Below, piece after piece: positions 61,114-64,000 of a stretch of DNA of 64,000 nucleotides. Origin of the DNA: an uncultured Bacteroidales bacterium (GTDB taxonomy: Bacteria > Bacteroidota > Bacteroidia > Bacteroidales > P3); NCBI GenBank assembly GCA_946621635.1, contig CAMOOR010000002.1, forward strand, positions 33,944 through 97,943, given 5' to 3'. A program made the translations under genes and the position numbers. Positions within the stretch are counted from its first letter, which is position 1, and the number at the start of each line of letters is the position of its first letter. Below the pieces are notes generated by a model. It was not told the DNA's origin. It worked only from the letters and a program-made list of their open reading frames with translations, and ran no database searches.

Positions 61114-62688
61114 TTAGAAGCCCATACCGAAGAGTTGCCAGTACTTCTCTTCGAGTTGGCGCCAGGCGTAGGTGGCGTTGTCGTAGATACGGTAGGTGTA
61201 GTCGTTCAGCATGTCGGCGCGACGGTCGGCCGGGAGGCCCTTGACGGCAGGTTCGAGGGTGTTGAGGCCGTCGATGGCGTCCTTCTCCAGGCGCAACACC
61301 TCGTCCATGTGGCCTTTCTTGGTGCTCTGCCAGGCCACGGTGGCCAGCTTGTTGGCTTTGCGGAACTGCCAGAGGACGGTCTGCTCGTTGTATTTCTTCT
61401 GTCCGCAGAGGCTGAAGGCTTTGGGCAGACGCGTGGTGCCGCAGAAGATGGGGATGCGGGGCGACTGGCCGGGATTGTCGACCGACACCCAGCAGACACC
61501 GCCCACCTCGTCGGGCAGCCAGTCGCGCAGCTGGGCCACAAAGGAGTAGGAGCACCACGCCACGCTGACCGTGCGCTTGAAGTCGACGGTGCCGGGGGCA
61601 ACGAAGTTGAGCATGCGCTGCATGTTGCCGCTAAGCCAGGGGTTGGCCACGGGGCTGAGGATGGTGTCCTTGTACTTGCTGCCGTCCTTGCGCTTGCGTT
61701 CCACCACCTGCTTGAGATTCTTTGTCATGTCCATGTCGGTGCCCTCATAGGTGGAGCGGAGCAGGGCCATGACGTCGGTGACATTGACGTTTTGGTCAGG
61801 CTTGACGCTGAAGGGCAGTTCGGCCATGTCCATGGTGAAGTGCTGCGAGGGGGCGAGGGCGTTGAAGATGAACCACTCGCGCTCGCGGAAGTTCTTGCCC
61901 TGGGCGTAGTCGTCGTTGAAGGCACGCCAGAAGAGGAACTCGCCCTTGCCGTCCCAGAGTTTGTATTTCTTGGCCACAGCCTCGACGTTGTCGGAGCACA
62001 TGAAATAGTCGGGGTTGTTGCGCTGCAGGCGGCCGATGCGGGCGATGTTGCAGCTGACGGCCACGTGGTCGTCCGGCACACGCTGTGCCACCCAGATGCC
62101 GCCGTTTTTCTTCGGGCCCTCGCCGAGGATTTCCATCTGCCACACCTCGTGGCGGTCGGCGATGGTGATGCACTCGCCGCCGTCGCCGTAGCCGTACTGG
62201 CGGATGAGGTCGGCGATGAGGCGTATGGCCTCGCGGGCCGTGGTGCAGCGCTGGAGGGCTATGCGTTCAAGTTCCTCGATGAGGAACATGCCGTTCTTGT
62301 TGCGCAGCGTGTCGGGACCGCCGAAGGTGCTCTCGCCGATGGCCAGCTGGCGCTCGTTGAGGCAGGGGTAGGCGGTGTTGAGGTAGGCGTAGGTGGCGGC
62401 GGCCTGGGGAATGGAGCCGGCCTGGCTGACGCCGGTGGTGTCGGTGGGATAGGAGGTGTGCAGAGTGCCCTTGCGGATGGGGGTGGTGGCACCGGCGGCA
62501 TACTTGGCGGCGGGCTCGATGGTCATCCAGGTGCGGTAGCGGCCGTCGCAGGTGTGCGAGGTGATGACGCTGCCGTCGGTCGAGGCTCGTTTGCCCACCA
62601 TGATGGAAGTGCAGGATTCGCGTTGGGACATTTGCGCCTGCAGGACCATGGGCACCAGCAGGGCCAGAATCAATAATGCTTTCTTCAT
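61114..62688 (-). CDS. C69-family dipeptidase
   Basis: After the signal peptide comes the nucleophile Cys context ESCTSIMVGKRASTDGSVITSHTCDG, typical of C69. The reverse complement of 62723-62730 is TATTTTTG (-7 box). Confidence 0.88.
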   Translation of the reverse strand: MKKALLILALLVPMVLQAQMSQRESCTSIMVGKRASTDGSVITSHTCDGRYRTWMTIEPAAKYAAGATTPIRKGTLHTSYPTDTTGVSQAGSIPQAAATYAYLNTAYPCLNERQLAIGESTFGGPDTLRNKNGMFLIEELERIALQRCTTAREAIRLIADLIRQYGYGDGGECITIADRHEVWQMEILGEGPKKNGGIWVAQRVPDDHVAVSCNIARIGRLQRNNPDYFMCSDNVEAVAKKYKLWDGKGEFLFWRAFNDDYAQGKNFREREWFIFNALAPSQHFTMDMAELPFSVKPDQNVNVTDVMALLRSTYEGTDMDMTKNLKQVVERKRKDGSKYKDTILSPVANPWLSGNMQRMLNFVAPGTVDFKRTVSVAWCSYSFVAQLRDWLPDEVGGVCWVSVDNPGQSPRIPIFCGTTRLPKAFSLCGQKKYNEQTVLWQFRKANKLATVAWQSTKKGHMDEVLRLEKDAIDGLNTLEPAVKGLPADRRADMLNDYTYRIYDNATYAWRQLEEKYWQLFGMGF

Positions 62689-62856
62689 ATATATTTCATT
62701 TTTATTTTAAAATAACAGGTTGCAAAAATACACAAATTGGACGACATGGCAAAAAAAATGTTTCCAAAAGCATTTTTTTTCTTCCATGTCAAAAAATATT
62801 CGTAATTTTGCATCCCGTATTTTTTAATTTCAACATATATCAAATTATCATTTATT

Positions 62857-64000
62857 ATGAAATACGGTTTTGACAACGAGAAGTATCTTCGGATACAGTC
62901 CGAACACATCAAGGAGCGCATCTCCAAGTTCGGAAACAAACTCTACCTTGAATTTGGCGGTAAACTTTTCGACGACTACCACGCCAGTCGTGTTCTGCCC
63001 GGCTTCGAGCCCGACAGCAAACTGAAGATGCTCACACAGCTGAAAGACGATGCCGAGATTGTCATCGTCATCAGCGCCACCGACATCGAGAAGAACAAGA
63101 AGCGCGGCGACCTCGGCATCACCTACGACGAGGACGTGCTGCGCCTGCGCGAGGTCTTCATGCAGCGCGGATTCCTGGTCAGCGGCGTCGTCATCACCCA
63201 CTACAGCGGCCAGCCCGGCGCCACGGCCTACCGCGAACGCCTTGAGCGCATGGGCATCAAAGCCTACTACCATTACATGATTGAGGGCTACCCCACCAAC
63301 GTGGAGCTCATCGACAGCGACGAGGGCTTCGGCAAGAACGACTACGTCGAGACCACACGCCCCCTGGTGGTCATCACCGCCCCGGGCCCCGGCAGCGGCA
63401 AGATGGCTGTGTGCCTCAGCCAGCTCTATCAAGAGAACAAGCGCGGCATCAAAGCCGGGTACGCCAAGTTCGAGACCTTCCCCATCTGGAGCATCCCCCT
63501 GAAGCACCCTGTCAACATCGCCTACGAGGCCGCCACGGCCGACCTCAACGACGTCAACATGATCGACCCGTTCCACCTCGAAGCCTACGGCAAGACCGCC
63601 GTCAACTACAACCGAGACATCGAGATATTCCCCGTCTTGAACGCCATCTTCGAAGGCATCTACGGCGAGAATCCATATAAGTCGCCCACCGACATGGGCG
63701 TCAACATGGCGGGCTTCTGCATCAGCGACGACGACGTCTGCTGCCGCGCCTCCAACGACGAGATTATCCGCCGTTACTACACCGCCCTCTGCGACTTCGC
63801 CATCGGCAAGTCGAGCCAGAGCGAGGTGAACAAGATAGCCCTCCTCATGAAGCAGGCCAAAATCACCACCGACGACCGCCGCACCACAGTGGCCGCCAAG
63901 GAGCGCCGCGACCGCGAGGGCGTGCCCGCCGCCGCCATCGAACTGGCCGACGGCACCATCATCACCGCCAAGACCTCCGACCTCCTCGGTGCCTGCGCCG
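62857..64000 (+). CDS. DUF1846 (UPF0371) family protein, 3'-partial (runs off the window)
   Basis: My own translation from ATG 62857 reads MKYGFDNEKYLRIQSEHIKERISKFGNKLYLEFGGKLFDDYHASRVLPGFEPDSK...ITAPGPGSGKMA... There is no stop before 64000, which is why the ORF track omits it. A TAatTTTG box lies at 62803-62810. Confidence 0.85.
   Translation, partial: MKYGFDNEKYLRIQSEHIKERISKFGNKLYLEFGGKLFDDYHASRVLPGFEPDSKLKMLTQLKDDAEIVIVISATDIEKNKKRGDLGITYDEDVLRLREVFMQRGFLVSGVVITHYSGQPGATAYRERLERMGIKAYYHYMIEGYPTNVELIDSDEGFGKNDYVETTRPLVVITAPGPGSGKMAVCLSQLYQENKRGIKAGYAKFETFPIWSIPLKHPVNIAYEAATADLNDVNMIDPFHLEAYGKTAVNYNRDIEIFPVLNAIFEGIYGENPYKSPTDMGVNMAGFCISDDDVCCRASNDEIIRRYYTALCDFAIGKSSQSEVNKIALLMKQAKITTDDRRTTVAAKERRDREGVPAAAIELADGTIITAKTSDLLGACA

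Noticed and set aside
47244-62676. Large + strand ORFs (47244-48908, 50059-52704, 53050-54540, 55483-57864, 61135-62676) and the minus ORF 62848-63576
   Set aside because: All lie opposite well-supported genes (CapA, the hydrogenase cluster, the OM barrel, C69 dipeptidase, DUF1846) and show shadow-ORF composition.

Overview
This is a 64-kb chromosomal window from a high-G+C member of the Bacteroidota, probably Bacteroidales-like. The taxonomic call rests on gldH, a T9SS C-terminal sorting domain, TTTG-N19-TAnnTTTG promoters, and AT-rich leaders without Shine-Dalgarno sequences.

Backbone genes:
- rimP-nusA-infB, tRNA-Arg(CCT) and lepA.
- A flippase, a VWA protein, an M16 peptidase, an O-antigen ligase, an S41 peptidase and a CPA2 antiporter.
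- holB, PSP1/RicT, gldH, PBP1A and rlmN.
- A PqqD / HprK-like / S24-VanZ operon, an FMN-binding protein, CapA and a VanX-like dipeptidase.
- An [FeFe]-hydrogenase operon with a PAS-bearing sensory hydrogenase and a PP2C phosphatase.
- An ECF sigma / anti-sigma / outer-membrane barrel operon, a PNGase-F-like protein, a C69 dipeptidase and a 3'-truncated DUF1846 gene.

Accessory content:
- A zeta-toxin-like pair sits next to the tRNA.
- A visibly low-G+C island (~8.8-17.1 kb) has no integrase. It carries a tightly coupled operon of a C5-DNA methyltransferase, a protein with two GHKL ATPase domains and a histidine-kinase core, and a REC response regulator whose C-terminus has an RNxxAH (HEPN-type) motif. 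This operon is the best candidate for an undescribed defence system.
- The operon is followed by a 20-codon remnant of a second C5-MTase, an HNH endonuclease, a solitary RES-domain protein, two small unknown ORFs and RhuM.
- A diverged duplication of a vsr plus MGMT-like cassette brackets a solute-binding lipoprotein gene.
- A full-length MmeI-family Type IIL restriction-modification gene lies further along.

Unusual non-coding structure:
- Five same-strand copies of a palindrome followed by 11-bp phased GGTAAGG repeats.
- Other 11-bp phased arrays.
- Heptamer microsatellites that make up whole intergenic spacers. One also provides the rlmN start codon.
- Different in-frame repeat insertions at the same codon of both vsr copies.
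- Four REP-like palindromes in frame inside a DUF6266 gene. That gene has also lost its stop codon and reads 702 nt antisense into rlmN.

No rRNA, CRISPR array, transposase or integrase was seen. Many long ORFs in the track are antisense shadows of real high-G+C genes.
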